Source: Bacilli bacterium (lineage in GTDB: Bacteria > Bacillota_I > Bacilli_A > RFN20 > CAG-826). From it: a stretch of DNA of 64,000 nucleotides. Both the position numbers and the translations under genes were made by a program. How positions within the stretch are numbered: position 1 is the first letter of the stretch; each line of letters begins with the position of its first letter. The stretch spans positions 838,837 through 902,836 of the forward strand of contig JAKVOO010000001.1 in assembly GCA_022482735.1 (NCBI GenBank), given 5' to 3'. The notes under the pieces were generated by a model. The model searched no databases. It worked only from the letters and a program-made list of their open reading frames with translations, and was not told the origin of the DNA. Positions 22,773 to 32,802 of the stretch are shown here, in pieces.

Positions 22773-23719
22773 TACGCGCGGGCTCCTTTTTTTAATTTCC
22801 GAGAACTAAAATTTTTCCGCCCACTTCCCACGTGGAGAAACTTAAATAAGAACAATGTCACAATTAGTAACCCAACAAAAACAAAGAGACTGCCCGCGCT
22901 AACTAATCCATAATTACCCTTTTTCATCTCATTCCATAGATAATAGACGATAGTATTGGCACTAGAAGAACTAACAATTATATAGTTATCAGCAAAGGCT
23001 AATATTCCCCCGATTACCGAAGTAATAAGGACATAAAAAGTTGTTTGTTTTACTAATGGGATAGTTATTTTAAAAGTTTTATAAAATAGATTAGCTCCTT
23101 CAATATCGGCGGCCTCATATAATTCATGAGGTATATTCTGCATGGAGGCAAAATAGAGCAACAAGGTGCCGCCTATTCCTCCCCATACGCCTTTGATTAT
23201 AAGAGTTATCTTTACAATTCGAGGATCACTAAGCCAGAGAATATGCGTATTAAATATTTGATTAATTGCTCCGTAATCGGCATTAAATAACCATTTCCAA
23301 ACTAATCCAACGGCGATTGCCGAGCTGACTGCTGGAAGATAATAAATAATTAGATAAGGTTTCTTAATCTTGCAATACTTGGAATTGATTAAAGTGGCTA
23401 ATACGAATGATAAGACCATTCCCACTGGGATTCCCATCATTAAATATAGGGTGTTAGTAATTGATTTAATAAAATTGGGATCGGCAAACAACTCTTGAAA
23501 ATTGCCCCAGCCAATATAATTGCCCGCCCCAGGATTGTAATTGAAATCGGTCAATTCATGGAAAGAGGCAAATATAGAATAAAGAAGAGGAATGAAGGTA
23601 AACAAAAGAAAGCCGATCACCACTGGAGCTACAAATAAGTAGCCCGCCATTTGCTCCTTAAATCGTCGATTGCTAACTTTGATTTTTAAACGGTTAAGTA
23701 TATTCATCATTATTACCAA
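22772..23719 (-). CDS. Carbohydrate ABC permease (MalF-like)
   Basis: IPHELYEAADIEGA, YYLPAVSS. Confidence 0.92.
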   Translation of the reverse strand: MVIMMNILNRLKIKVSNRRFKEQMAGYLFVAPVVIGFLLFTFIPLLYSIFASFHELTDFNYNPGAGNYIGWGNFQELFADPNFIKSITNTLYLMMGIPVGMVLSFVLATLINSKYCKIKKPYLIIYYLPAVSSAIAVGLVWKWLFNADYGAINQIFNTHILWLSDPRIVKITLIIKGVWGGIGGTLLLYFASMQNIPHELYEAADIEGANLFYKTFKITIPLVKQTTFYVLITSVIGGILAFADNYIIVSSSSANTIVYYLWNEMKKGNYGLVSAGSLFVFVGLLIVTLFLFKFLHVGSGRKNFSSRKLKKGARA

Positions 23720-25236
23720 GCATATTTGGAAGTCGTTTTATCTAAAATCGTTTGACACCGGTCTTCTAAGCCTGATAGAAATTCACTATTAATTCGACTA
23801 TTAGTATTCCAATCCCAAACATTGAGATGACCTCCGTATGAAGAAGTTAACGACCAAACTCGAAACAGTTTATAGTTATCATCGGATGATTCCCACATTT
23901 CATCATACCAATCTGCGTTATAGGTGTAGGCTTGAGGCCGCCTTTCACTATTGGCCATCATATCAAGATATACTTGGCGATTTAACGGGCGATTATAACC
24001 CATAGTTGCATTTTTAGGGTCATTAATCGTTGCCTCCATAAATTCGCCATTAGCCATATCAATTAGATTCGGCACCGCTTGTCCTAATTGATAATTTATT
24101 TTTTGCGCCACCGGTGAAGCGGTTAAAAATTCGGCCAATTTATACGCGCCTTCTGGATCTTTACTACCTTTATAACAGGAAATACCCACTGATCCCAAAA
24201 AGGATTTTGATGATGCTCCACTGCGATATCCATCCTGCCAATTATCAAGATTGCCAGTGGCATTGGGAACTGGTGTATATAGAATATCCCAATCAAAATT
24301 GCACTCCCATAGTTCTGGTGTGTCCCAAGCTCCAACGAAAGCGGCTCCTGCTAAACCACTGGAAAAGCGTTGTAAGCCCGCTTGTGAGGCTTGACCTTCC
24401 GCCGTTGTCATTACTTGGTACTTGTTGGATAAGTCAGCAACAAATTGAAGTGATTCGGCAAAGTTATTATTATCAATGGTAACTGTTTTATTGCTAGCGT
24501 CTAAAAAGCGTTGTCCCATTGAAGCCATGGCGCTTTCTAATGGATAATGAGTAATACCTACAATAGAATTAGAGTCACTTAACGACCCTTCCTTTATGTC
24601 TTGGCAGAAAGCAACAAATTGTGCCCAAGTCATCGCCACTTTATCATTTAAAGTTTTCGTGGAAGGATTATATCCATATTGACCACTAACATCACTGATA
24701 ATTGTGACCCCTTTGCTTTGAACAAGCGTTTTGTTATAAGCCAAAACATTAGGTCCTAAATCCTTTGGCAAAGCATAGATATCCCCCGTTCCTAATCTTT
24801 TACTTGCCGTGTCATATCGATAGGCATCAATTCCTTCATTCCAAATATTGTCAATTGACATCGCACTTGATTGTTCAATATATGGGGTTAAATCCATCAT
24901 AATATCCGATGAGTTGATCCATTGAACAAAGTTGATATCCGGCATATAGAAGACATCCGGCATATTACGGGTGTTGTTCTTATAACTGCCTAAGGTCGTT
25001 ATGTAATTATCGGAAGTAACAGAAGAATATACGACATCATATTGAGGATATTCCTTAGTAAATTCCGCGATCATTGTTTTAAAAATTTGTTGCTCGGCAA
25101 CTGACCCCCAGCCAAAAAACTTCAGTACTGATTTTTTGTCACCGCTCGAATCAGAAGTTCCTCCGCAAGCTGAAAGTACTAAGGATAAAAACATTGTCGC
25201 CATAAATGAAAGGCTGATTTTTTTAGTTTTGCGCAT
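23713..25236 (-). CDS. Sugar ABC substrate-binding lipoprotein
   Basis: Lipobox LSAC, MPDVFY, IYALPKDLGPNVLAYNK. Confidence 0.9.
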   Translation of the reverse strand: MRKTKKISLSFMATMFLSLVLSACGGTSDSSGDKKSVLKFFGWGSVAEQQIFKTMIAEFTKEYPQYDVVYSSVTSDNYITTLGSYKNNTRNMPDVFYMPDINFVQWINSSDIMMDLTPYIEQSSAMSIDNIWNEGIDAYRYDTASKRLGTGDIYALPKDLGPNVLAYNKTLVQSKGVTIISDVSGQYGYNPSTKTLNDKVAMTWAQFVAFCQDIKEGSLSDSNSIVGITHYPLESAMASMGQRFLDASNKTVTIDNNNFAESLQFVADLSNKYQVMTTAEGQASQAGLQRFSSGLAGAAFVGAWDTPELWECNFDWDILYTPVPNATGNLDNWQDGYRSGASSKSFLGSVGISCYKGSKDPEGAYKLAEFLTASPVAQKINYQLGQAVPNLIDMANGEFMEATINDPKNATMGYNRPLNRQVYLDMMANSERRPQAYTYNADWYDEMWESSDDNYKLFRVWSLTSSYGGHLNVWDWNTNSRINSEFLSGLEDRCQTILDKTTSKYAW

Positions 25237-25267
25237 ATAAACACCTCTTGCACCCTAATAGTAATGT

Positions 25268-25281
25268 GGTAATCGCTTACA
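25268..25281. promoter_or_regulatory. cre-like / LacI-family operator
   Basis: GGTAATCGCTTACA, close to TGWAANCGNTNWCA, 32 bp from the SBP start codon. Confidence 0.5.
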
Positions 25282-25394
25282 TTCAACGTCAAATTTTCAA
25301 TTTTTACAAATTAACGTTATTAATTCGAAAATATTCGAAATTCGCTTGCAACCCGAACCAAGTAGTGATTAACTGAAATTAAAAGAGGGATTAT

Positions 25395-26326
25395 ATGCGG
25401 AAATTAACTTTAAATCTAAATGACGACAATATCTTAGAAAAGATTGGCGATTCGTTCTCCTCACCCATTCGGCGTAAGATTTTACGTTTGGTGGCCAATA
25501 AATCCTATTCTATATATGAGATTGCTCAAGAATTGAATTTATCAATGTCAACGACCTCCTTTCATATTAAGATTTTAAAGGAAGCGAAAACTTATTAAAG
25601 CTATACCTTCCCCCTCCAAAAAAGGAAATGAGAAAAATGTCTCAATTGAGTGTGAATCAATGACCATATTTGTTAATGGTGATTCGGAAATAAGTAATTT
25701 AAGAAAGATAGTCACTATTCCCCTTGGCTCTTTTATCGATTACTGACATTACTCCCCCCTGTGTAATTTGCACTAAAGAAATGGCTCTTCAACCTATTGA
25801 TGATCGCAATGTTTTTTTGTCACCCTCCCGTATTCAGGCCCAATTAATATCTTTTTATAAAGGGCATATTACTTTTCCTATTCCCCTTGATAAAGAAGAA
25901 GGAACCCAATTGGAATCGATAACTATTTTCATGGAACTTTGCTCTGAATGTCCCAACTACAACAATAGTTGGAAAAGTGATATTACTTTTTGGATTAATG
26001 GTCAAGAAATTGCCACCTACCTTTCACTAGGAGATTACGGCGATCGCCGTGGTGCTTACACTCCTTCGTGGTGGCCATCTAGTTCAACTCAATATGGCAT
26101 GCCCGTCAACCTCCGTATTGATATGGATGGCACTTATATAAATGGTGCCAAAGCTAGTTCGATAACCATTAATAGCCTTGGAATAAGAAACAATGAAGTT
26201 CTCCATTTTACTCTGGGAGTGAAGGATGATGCAAAATACGTTGGAGGCATTAACCTTTTCGGAAGAAATTTTGGGGATATAAATGAAGATATTACCGTGC
26301 AAATTGCCTTTGAAAGAAAAAAATAA
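25395..26326 (+). CDS. ArsR-type HTH regulator with C-terminal sensor domain (COG4189-like, frameshifts near 25590 and 25741)
   Basis: SSPIRRKILRL..SFHIKILKEA HTH, then ELCSE, WKSDITFWING, GDYGDRRG..TPSWW..QYG, GGINLFG. Confidence 0.85.
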
Positions 26327-26394
26327 TGAGCGATTTTCTATCAATGGCTAGCCCAAAGCACTCAATTCTTGCCTATTGATAGTAATTAGAAAAT

Positions 26395-26434
26395 AAAAAT
26401 AGCTTGCCTAATAAAAGGTGCAAGCTATTTTTTT
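26395..26434. terminator. Bidirectional intrinsic terminator
   Basis: AAAAATAGCTTGC...GCAAGCTATTTTT between convergent genes. Confidence 0.8.
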
Positions 26435-26471
26435 GTTACATAATAATTAAAACACAATAACGTTTTGCTGT

Positions 26472-26648
26472 TTATTTGTTGCCTTTATATTTCTTTCGAT
26501 ACATCTTCACTAATCCGCCACCCTTGCTCGCACACGATGCGCACTCACCCGTAGGAAGATGGTGAACTTTTTTATAAATGTAACGGGCGATTAAGGCTAG
26601 AAGAAAAAGGGCCGTTAGAACGATAACAATAATTTCAATTGGTTGCAT
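26472..26648 (-). CDS. FeoB-associated Cys-rich membrane protein
   Basis: MQPIEIIVIVLTALFLLALI..GECASCAS, directly downstream of feoB. Confidence 0.75.
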   Translation of the reverse strand: MQPIEIIVIVLTALFLLALIARYIYKKVHHLPTGECASCASKGGGLVKMYRKKYKGNK

Positions 26649-26652
26649 ATTA

Positions 26653-28911
26653 TTAAATACCTTCCTTAAATATTCTTTGATCTCGAGCACGATTAACATA
26701 ATGAATTATGATGATTGCCATAATAAAGGCCGCAAGGAAGATAAATGATGTCCACCACCAAGTCCCAATGAGATATACCATACTTCCAACCAAGAAGGAG
26801 GCAATAAGCCAGAAAGCAATTGTCGATATAAACTTTCCTTTTGGTAGTTCAGCTTTGGCTGTAGCAACTGCCGCAAAACAAGGAACCGTTGTCATATTAA
26901 AAGCAACAAATGCTAGTAATCCGGGAACGGTAATATTTGTCGCCTGGGCCATAACCATTACCGCTTGAATCCCCTCTTCATCGCCAGCAAAACCGGCGAC
27001 AAGGCTAGCAGCCAAAGTTCCAAAAGTAGCGATTACGTTTTCCTTAGCAATTAATCCGGTAATTGCTCCGACAACGAAGACCCATCCAAACTCTCCTAAT
27101 TGAGAGCCAAAACCCATCGGCGTAAAAATTGGAGCAAGAAATTTTCCAAAATTGGCGAGAATGGAAGCTCCCATTTCTTCATCACTTAAAAATTGAAAAC
27201 TAAATGAGAAATGCGAAATAAACCAAATAAGAATGGTCGAAGCAAGAATAATGGTAAATGCCTTTTTTACAAAGTGCTTGGTTTTATCCCATAAATGAAC
27301 CATAAGCGATTTAAATTGAGGGATGTGGTAGGCAGGAAGTTCCATAATAAATGGTGGAACTTCACCACGCATTGTCGTATTTCGCATAAATATAATTGCA
27401 ACAATGGCACTAACCATTCCTAACAGATACATACCAAGAGTTATAAATTCCGCATTGCCAATACCAAACATTTGCACAATTCCGCCGCTTATTGCCGTTA
27501 AAATCGGCAATTTGGCTCCGCAACTAAAGAAAGGAATAACTCTGATCGTCGCCGTTCTTTCATTGTCATCGGCTAATGTACGCGTATTGATCATAGCCGG
27601 AACTGAGCAGCCAAAGCCCATAATCATCGGCATAAAAGCGCGCCCAGATAGACCAAACTTACGGAATATACGATCAAGAATAAATGCCACTCGAGCCATA
27701 TAGCCGCTATCTTCTAGAATGGAAAAGAAAAGGAATAAGAATAAAATCTGTGGTAAGAAAGATAAAACCGCAAATAGTCCTCCAAGAACTCCATCGACTA
27801 AAAACCCACTGACCCATTGAGGAGAACTTGCTAAGGCCGTTCCGGCAATCTCGGATAACCATCCAGTTACATTATCAAGAAAATTGAAAAGAATAACTCC
27901 TGGTGAGTTTATTCCTCCATTGGCAAACAATCCTTCAAATATCGTTCCCGGGAAGGATACAAGTCCGTCAGGACCCAATAAGTGCATCGCATTGAGATAG
28001 AATAAATCTTCCGCAAAGGTCAAATGAAATATAAGAAAAAGAATAAATATAAAAATCGGTATTCCCAGCCATCTATTTGTTAGTATTCGATCTGCTCGGT
28101 CAGACGGAGTTCCTTTTTTGCTTTTATGATCTTGGCTATGAGTCTTTACTTGTGCAAAATGATGAGAAATATATTTATAGCGCGCATCCGCAATTACCGC
28201 TTCAAAGTCATTGCCAAACACTTCATCCCTAAAGCCATCTTTATACTCCTCAACCATCGAAACAAGATTAGGATGATCCTTAGTTTCTAACTCATCTAAT
28301 TCAGCCAATTTAATCGCATGGAATAAAGCGTTAGGAACATTTAGACCGCGGAAAGCAATTTCACAATCACTTATAAGGTGTCTTAAAGAATTGTTTTCAA
28401 GAACCGTCGTTGCTTTTCTTTTTGATAGCGATGCCTCATATGCCACTTTCATCAGATGCTCAATATTGTCTTCACGCAAGGCACTAATTGGAACAACGGG
28501 CACTCCAAGTTTCGATGACAATTCCTTTACATCAATTTTTTCTCCCCGTTTATTAACCACGTCAATCATATTAAGAGCAATCACTAACGGAGTATCAATT
28601 TCCATCAATTGCGTAGAAAGGTATAAGTTTCGTTCTAAGTTTGTAGCATCGACAATATTGATAATACAATCGGGTTTTTCATTGAGAATATAGTTTCGAG
28701 AAATAACTTCTTCCGGAGTATAAGGTGAAAGCGAATAAATACCTGGAAGATCAACAATCGAAATTGGTTCAACTCCCTTGCGGTATGTTCCCTCGCGCTT
28801 ATCAACTGTGACTCCCGGCCAATTACCCACATGAGCGGTTGAACCCGTTAAAAGATTAAATAATGTTGTCTTACCTGAATTAGGATTTCCTGCTAACGCA
28901 AAATGTTTCAT
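26653..28911 (-). CDS. feoB: Ferrous iron transporter B
   Basis: GNPNSGKTT, GNWPGVTV, DLPG, LEDSGYMAR, GFGCSVP, PFIMELP. Confidence 0.97.
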   Translation of the reverse strand: MKHFALAGNPNSGKTTLFNLLTGSTAHVGNWPGVTVDKREGTYRKGVEPISIVDLPGIYSLSPYTPEEVISRNYILNEKPDCIINIVDATNLERNLYLSTQLMEIDTPLVIALNMIDVVNKRGEKIDVKELSSKLGVPVVPISALREDNIEHLMKVAYEASLSKRKATTVLENNSLRHLISDCEIAFRGLNVPNALFHAIKLAELDELETKDHPNLVSMVEEYKDGFRDEVFGNDFEAVIADARYKYISHHFAQVKTHSQDHKSKKGTPSDRADRILTNRWLGIPIFIFILFLIFHLTFAEDLFYLNAMHLLGPDGLVSFPGTIFEGLFANGGINSPGVILFNFLDNVTGWLSEIAGTALASSPQWVSGFLVDGVLGGLFAVLSFLPQILFLFLFFSILEDSGYMARVAFILDRIFRKFGLSGRAFMPMIMGFGCSVPAMINTRTLADDNERTATIRVIPFFSCGAKLPILTAISGGIVQMFGIGNAEFITLGMYLLGMVSAIVAIIFMRNTTMRGEVPPFIMELPAYHIPQFKSLMVHLWDKTKHFVKKAFTIILASTILIWFISHFSFSFQFLSDEEMGASILANFGKFLAPIFTPMGFGSQLGEFGWVFVVGAITGLIAKENVIATFGTLAASLVAGFAGDEEGIQAVMVMAQATNITVPGLLAFVAFNMTTVPCFAAVATAKAELPKGKFISTIAFWLIASFLVGSMVYLIGTWWWTSFIFLAAFIMAIIIIHYVNRARDQRIFKEGI

Positions 28912-29153
28912 AATGACTCCTCAATTTCGACAAAAACGTTTTTAGCTTCCGTTTTCCGCAAAGATAGCTCATATCCGCGAAGCGTTATTTCAATTGGGTC
29001 ACCTAAAGGGGCTTGTTTCTTTATCAAAACATTAGCTCCAGGAGTAACTCCCATGTCGAATAATCTTCGGCGAATTTTACCTTCGCCTTCTACTCTTTTT
29101 ATTAGTCCACTTGAACCAATCTTCATCTTGTCTAATTGCACTAATGTGGTCAT
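28908..29153 (-). CDS. feoA: FeoA
   Basis: RRLFDMGVTPG..APLGDPI..RGYELSLR. Confidence 0.95.
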   Translation of the reverse strand: MTTLVQLDKMKIGSSGLIKRVEGEGKIRRRLFDMGVTPGANVLIKKQAPLGDPIEITLRGYELSLRKTEAKNVFVEIEESL

Positions 29154-29155
29154 GT

Positions 29156-29377
29156 TTAAGCCTCCTGGTTAACCAAAATTCGTGTTGCTATACCTTCGTC
29201 AATCCCCAAACGTCCCTCTTTAATCTGACAGATAACGCTTTTCCCTGAGCGACTTAAAATTACGATCTCTGAGTTAATCGTAATGCCAAGACTTTCAAGG
29301 TGCTTCTTTATTTTTCCATCCGCCAAAATCTTGAACACTTTCAATTTTTGATTAAGCGGAGCAATCACCAATGGCAT
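29156..29377 (-). CDS. feoA: FeoA (second copy)
   Basis: KKHLESLGI..IKEGRLGI, first gene of the feo operon. Confidence 0.85.
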   Translation of the reverse strand: MPLVIAPLNQKLKVFKILADGKIKKHLESLGITINSEIVILSRSGKSVICQIKEGRLGIDEGIATRILVNQEA

Positions 29378-29390
29378 ACCATGCCTCCTT

Positions 29391-29501
29391 AGTTAGTTCT
29401 AACTAACTCAATCTTAAAAATAAATCAGGACTCGACCTGATAGTAAGTTAGCCTTTGCTAACTCGCTCACTATTATAGTGGTTTCGCTTTTGTTATGTCA
29501 A
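29391..29501 (-). promoter_or_regulatory. feo promoter with two AGTTAG-N6-CTAACT operator boxes
   Basis: TTGACA (29501-29496), 18 bp spacer, TATAAT (29477-29472). Palindromes at 29391-29408 and 29446-29463. Confidence 0.75.
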
Positions 29502-29579
29502 CCTAAAATATAAAATAAAACCTATTATTTGAAACCCCTATAGGAAAATGCTAACATTACAATTAAATGAGGTGCCCAA

Positions 29580-29963
29580 ATGAATTCTAAGAAATCGCGT
29601 GAAGACTATCTTGAACGGATTTTAATGCTCCAAGAAGAACACGGGAGTGTCCGTTCGGTTGATATTGCTAACGCAATGAGTTTTTCTAAAGCAAGCGTCA
29701 GTATTGCATTAAAAAAGTTAAGGGAAGAAAAATTGGTTAATTTTGCTGATGATGGCACCGTCCACTTAACCACTGCTGGTTATTTAACCGCGACTACAAT
29801 TTATGAACGGCATAAAGTTATATCGGCTTCACTCATGGCGCTAGGAGTTGATGAAAAAACCGCTTTAGAGGATGCCTGTCTTATTGAACATGATATAAGT
29901 CCTAAAACCTTTGAAGTTTTAAAAGAGCATTACCTAAAATACCGCGATAAAATTAATAAATAA
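29580..29963 (+). CDS. DtxR/MntR-family metal-dependent regulator
   Basis: SREDYLERI, SKASVS..LKKL, YERH, EDACLIEH. Confidence 0.93.
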   Translation: MNSKKSREDYLERILMLQEEHGSVRSVDIANAMSFSKASVSIALKKLREEKLVNFADDGTVHLTTAGYLTATTIYERHKVISASLMALGVDEKTALEDACLIEHDISPKTFEVLKEHYLKYRDKINK

Positions 29964-29995
29964 AAGAGAATGGTGGCAAGCCATTCTCTTTTTTT
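29962..29995. terminator. Bidirectional intrinsic terminator
   Basis: AAAAGAGAATGG-TGGCAAG-CCATTCTCTTTTTTT. Confidence 0.85.
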
Positions 29996-30011
29996 ATCTT
30001 AATATATCTAT

Positions 30012-31732
30012 TTAATCAACAATAATTTGAATTGGACATCCACGCCAATATGAGCCGCTGGACTTGAGTTGCAAATTTTGAACACCAACGATTATTGAAA
30101 CTTGCTGTCCAATATATGGTTCAAGCCAACTGAAATCATTAGCATTGTTTTGCGAATAAAGAGGAAGTCCAACCGATGAATCATCAAGCCCAAAAAAAGT
30201 GTATGAACCATATTGTCCCGATGATTTATAAACCGTGCAAGTTACAAGGTACATATTACCCGTAAGATTAGTACTCGGGCGGGTGGAAACAATTGCCTCA
30301 ATAGAATTAGTGCTATAGGCTGTAGAAGGAATAGCAAAGACATTACGATCAATGCTTAAAACCTCCGCCTCGGATAATTGAAAGTCGCCATCATACTCTT
30401 CGGCAGCGGCATTAGTGGCATCTTTAACATAGTGAGTAACTGTCGCCTGAATAACAACCTTATTTCCTTCTTCTAAGTCGATAAGGTTACCTTGAGTTGA
30501 GGTTCCATTATAGACAAACATAGACCCCGATTCGTCAGCGATAAAGAATCCTTGCTTAACCATTGAACTCTTGTAAGTTAATTTTGCGACTACGCCCTCA
30601 ACAGTAACAATTGTTCCGTCGCTTTCTTGTTTGGCCTCCGCTAGAGAAATAGTATCGATATCTGGTTTAGCAATAATAGTGAAATCCTTTGTTTTGGAAA
30701 CGGAAATTCCATTATAAGTCGCTTCCGCCACTAGCGAAACTTCGCCCAATATTTGTGACTTAATTGAAATATAATTGTTAGTCTCATCCGTTGTAATCGT
30801 GATTTGACTGGAAGAGGAAGTGTAAGCTATGGTAAGCCCCGCTACTTTCTCATCATTTTTAGCCATAGTTATAACCGTATCAACATTATAAGAATTTGCG
30901 ATTGGAAGCAATGCCCGATAAGCGCCTCCAGTGGCCACTTCTTCATCCGATATGGTTGTTTCACCCAAAATATTAATTGGACAAATCCGCCAAAGATTTT
31001 GTGATGGCTTGCCGATGCTGACAACAAATTCAATATCAACTAGTTTGCCATTCCATTCATTTGTCCAGGCGTAGTCCTTACCATTTGATTGAGTGTAAGC
31101 TAATAGTGTATCAGTAAGATTTGTATCTTCAATTTCGTAATTCACATAGCTAACATTGTCATAGACATGATAGTAAGCCTTAGTTCGATATATTTTGCCA
31201 GTAATATCTTCCGTCAATGGTATGGCATTTATATCCGCAACACTAAGGTTTGAAATAACTTCATTAGGAATTTCATTGTCGGTCTTATTGTCATTGCCAA
31301 CAATGACTGGTGAAGTTAATTGCACCATTCCCTTATAGTTAATAGCCGTGGCACTTCCAACATCATTTTGCGGAATATAATAGGCCTTAGTGCCTTGGAC
31401 CGTAACTTTATTTCCCGGCTGAACACTCTTTGCAACATCTTCGCCATAGATATATATACTGTCCGTCTGATCTGCTAACCAAAAGCCAGTTATATATGGG
31501 GTCGATTGCCCAGTATAATTATAAGCAACAACCACCCCAGTGACAGTAAAACTTTCGTTTACTTCTCCACTACGGGCGGCGGCAATCGAAACACTTGTTT
31601 CCTCGGAAGTCGTAACTTCCGATGTGTTTAATGATTCCAAACTGGATGATTCTGACGAAGTCATATCCCGACATGAGGCAGTGTAAATAAAGCAACAATA
31701 ACTAGAATAAGTGGAAATCTTTTGCGATTCAT
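30012..31732 (-). CDS. Lipoprotein with repeated OB-fold-like domains (frameshift near 31679)
   Basis: Likely start MNRKRFPLILVIVALFT after SD AGGAG. Adding one G restores lipobox LASC. Duplicated TVxGVV..GFxxAD....xYxY....G.KV modules. Confidence 0.65.
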
Positions 31733-31963
31733 TTTTTTCTCCTATTTTAACTTTCTTCTTTTTTTGAACATCTTTTCCATCATAAAAAGTAGAACGCCAA
31801 AACATTCATCGCTTACCCATCACTCAAATAAAAAATTCACACTCCTTCCAAAGTAAACAAAAGAATGCTTTTTTGGGGGAGTTAGTGAATTACTAACTAC
31901 CGATAGTATAGCAAAGGGGAAAATATTTTATAATACTTTTATGTAAATTTTTTGAAAACTTTA

Positions 31964-32659
31964 TCAATCGCTATTGATTTCCATCGGGCCACCATGATAG
32001 CAAATAATTTTATTTGGATTCAGGCGCAATATCCGATCAAATGATTTTTTTGCGGTCACCGAGTCTAAGGTATATATTGGGTTGGCCACTTCAAGACGGC
32101 CATCTTCAATTACCATTGCATCTCCAGCCACGACAACATTGAATTTTTCCAAAAAAAGAGAGATATGCCCAGGCATATGTCCCGGAGTGGAAATAACTTT
32201 AACTCCACCAACCCAAGGCAAAATATCACCATCACGCACTGTGATATCTACCGCAACCGGTTCCACACTGCGAAGAATATTTATAAAGTGAATTCCATTA
32301 GTTCTTTGAATACCATTTAGTTTAGGCTGTAATTTTTCCGCTTGCTCGAGACGCAGTGATTTCTTTTTTCCAGATATATATGGTTCTTCAATTTCACTGG
32401 CCACCACTTTAATGTTAGGGTGACTTTTCTTAAAATCGGATAGACACCCCATATGGTCGTGATCATGATGAGTTATTAAAATATGCGTTAAATCAGCAGC
32501 AGTATAGCCTTGTGCGCGAAGGGCTTTTTCGATGAGGGGAAAGAATCCAACATATCCGCAATCAATAAGCACTAAATTATGTTCATCAGATAAAAGCGTA
32601 GGATAAATAGCATTATTACCATTATTAAAACTAATGTTTAAAGCGATTACTTTGTCCAT
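31964..32659 (-). CDS. Metallo-beta-lactamase-fold hydrolase
   Basis: LIDCG, THHDHDHMG, TPGHMPGH, AGD, YHGG. Confidence 0.92.
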   Translation of the reverse strand: MDKVIALNISFNNGNNAIYPTLLSDEHNLVLIDCGYVGFFPLIEKALRAQGYTAADLTHILITHHDHDHMGCLSDFKKSHPNIKVVASEIEEPYISGKKKSLRLEQAEKLQPKLNGIQRTNGIHFINILRSVEPVAVDITVRDGDILPWVGGVKVISTPGHMPGHISLFLEKFNVVVAGDAMVIEDGRLEVANPIYTLDSVTAKKSFDRILRLNPNKIICYHGGPMEINSD

Positions 32660-32802
32660 ATGTTTCCTCTATATGTATATATTATATTAAAAATCATAAA
32701 TATTAACAAAAGATAAACACAGTAAATATTAGTTTCGAAATCTTCGTTAACAAAAGTGTCATTTTTTAGATTAAAAGGTTTTTAAGCACTGACTTATCAA
32801 GT

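Noticed and set aside
31733..31805. N-terminus MFWRSTFYD of ORF 30012..31805
   Set aside because: A better SD, ATG (31732) and signal peptide exist in another frame, joined by a one-base fix.
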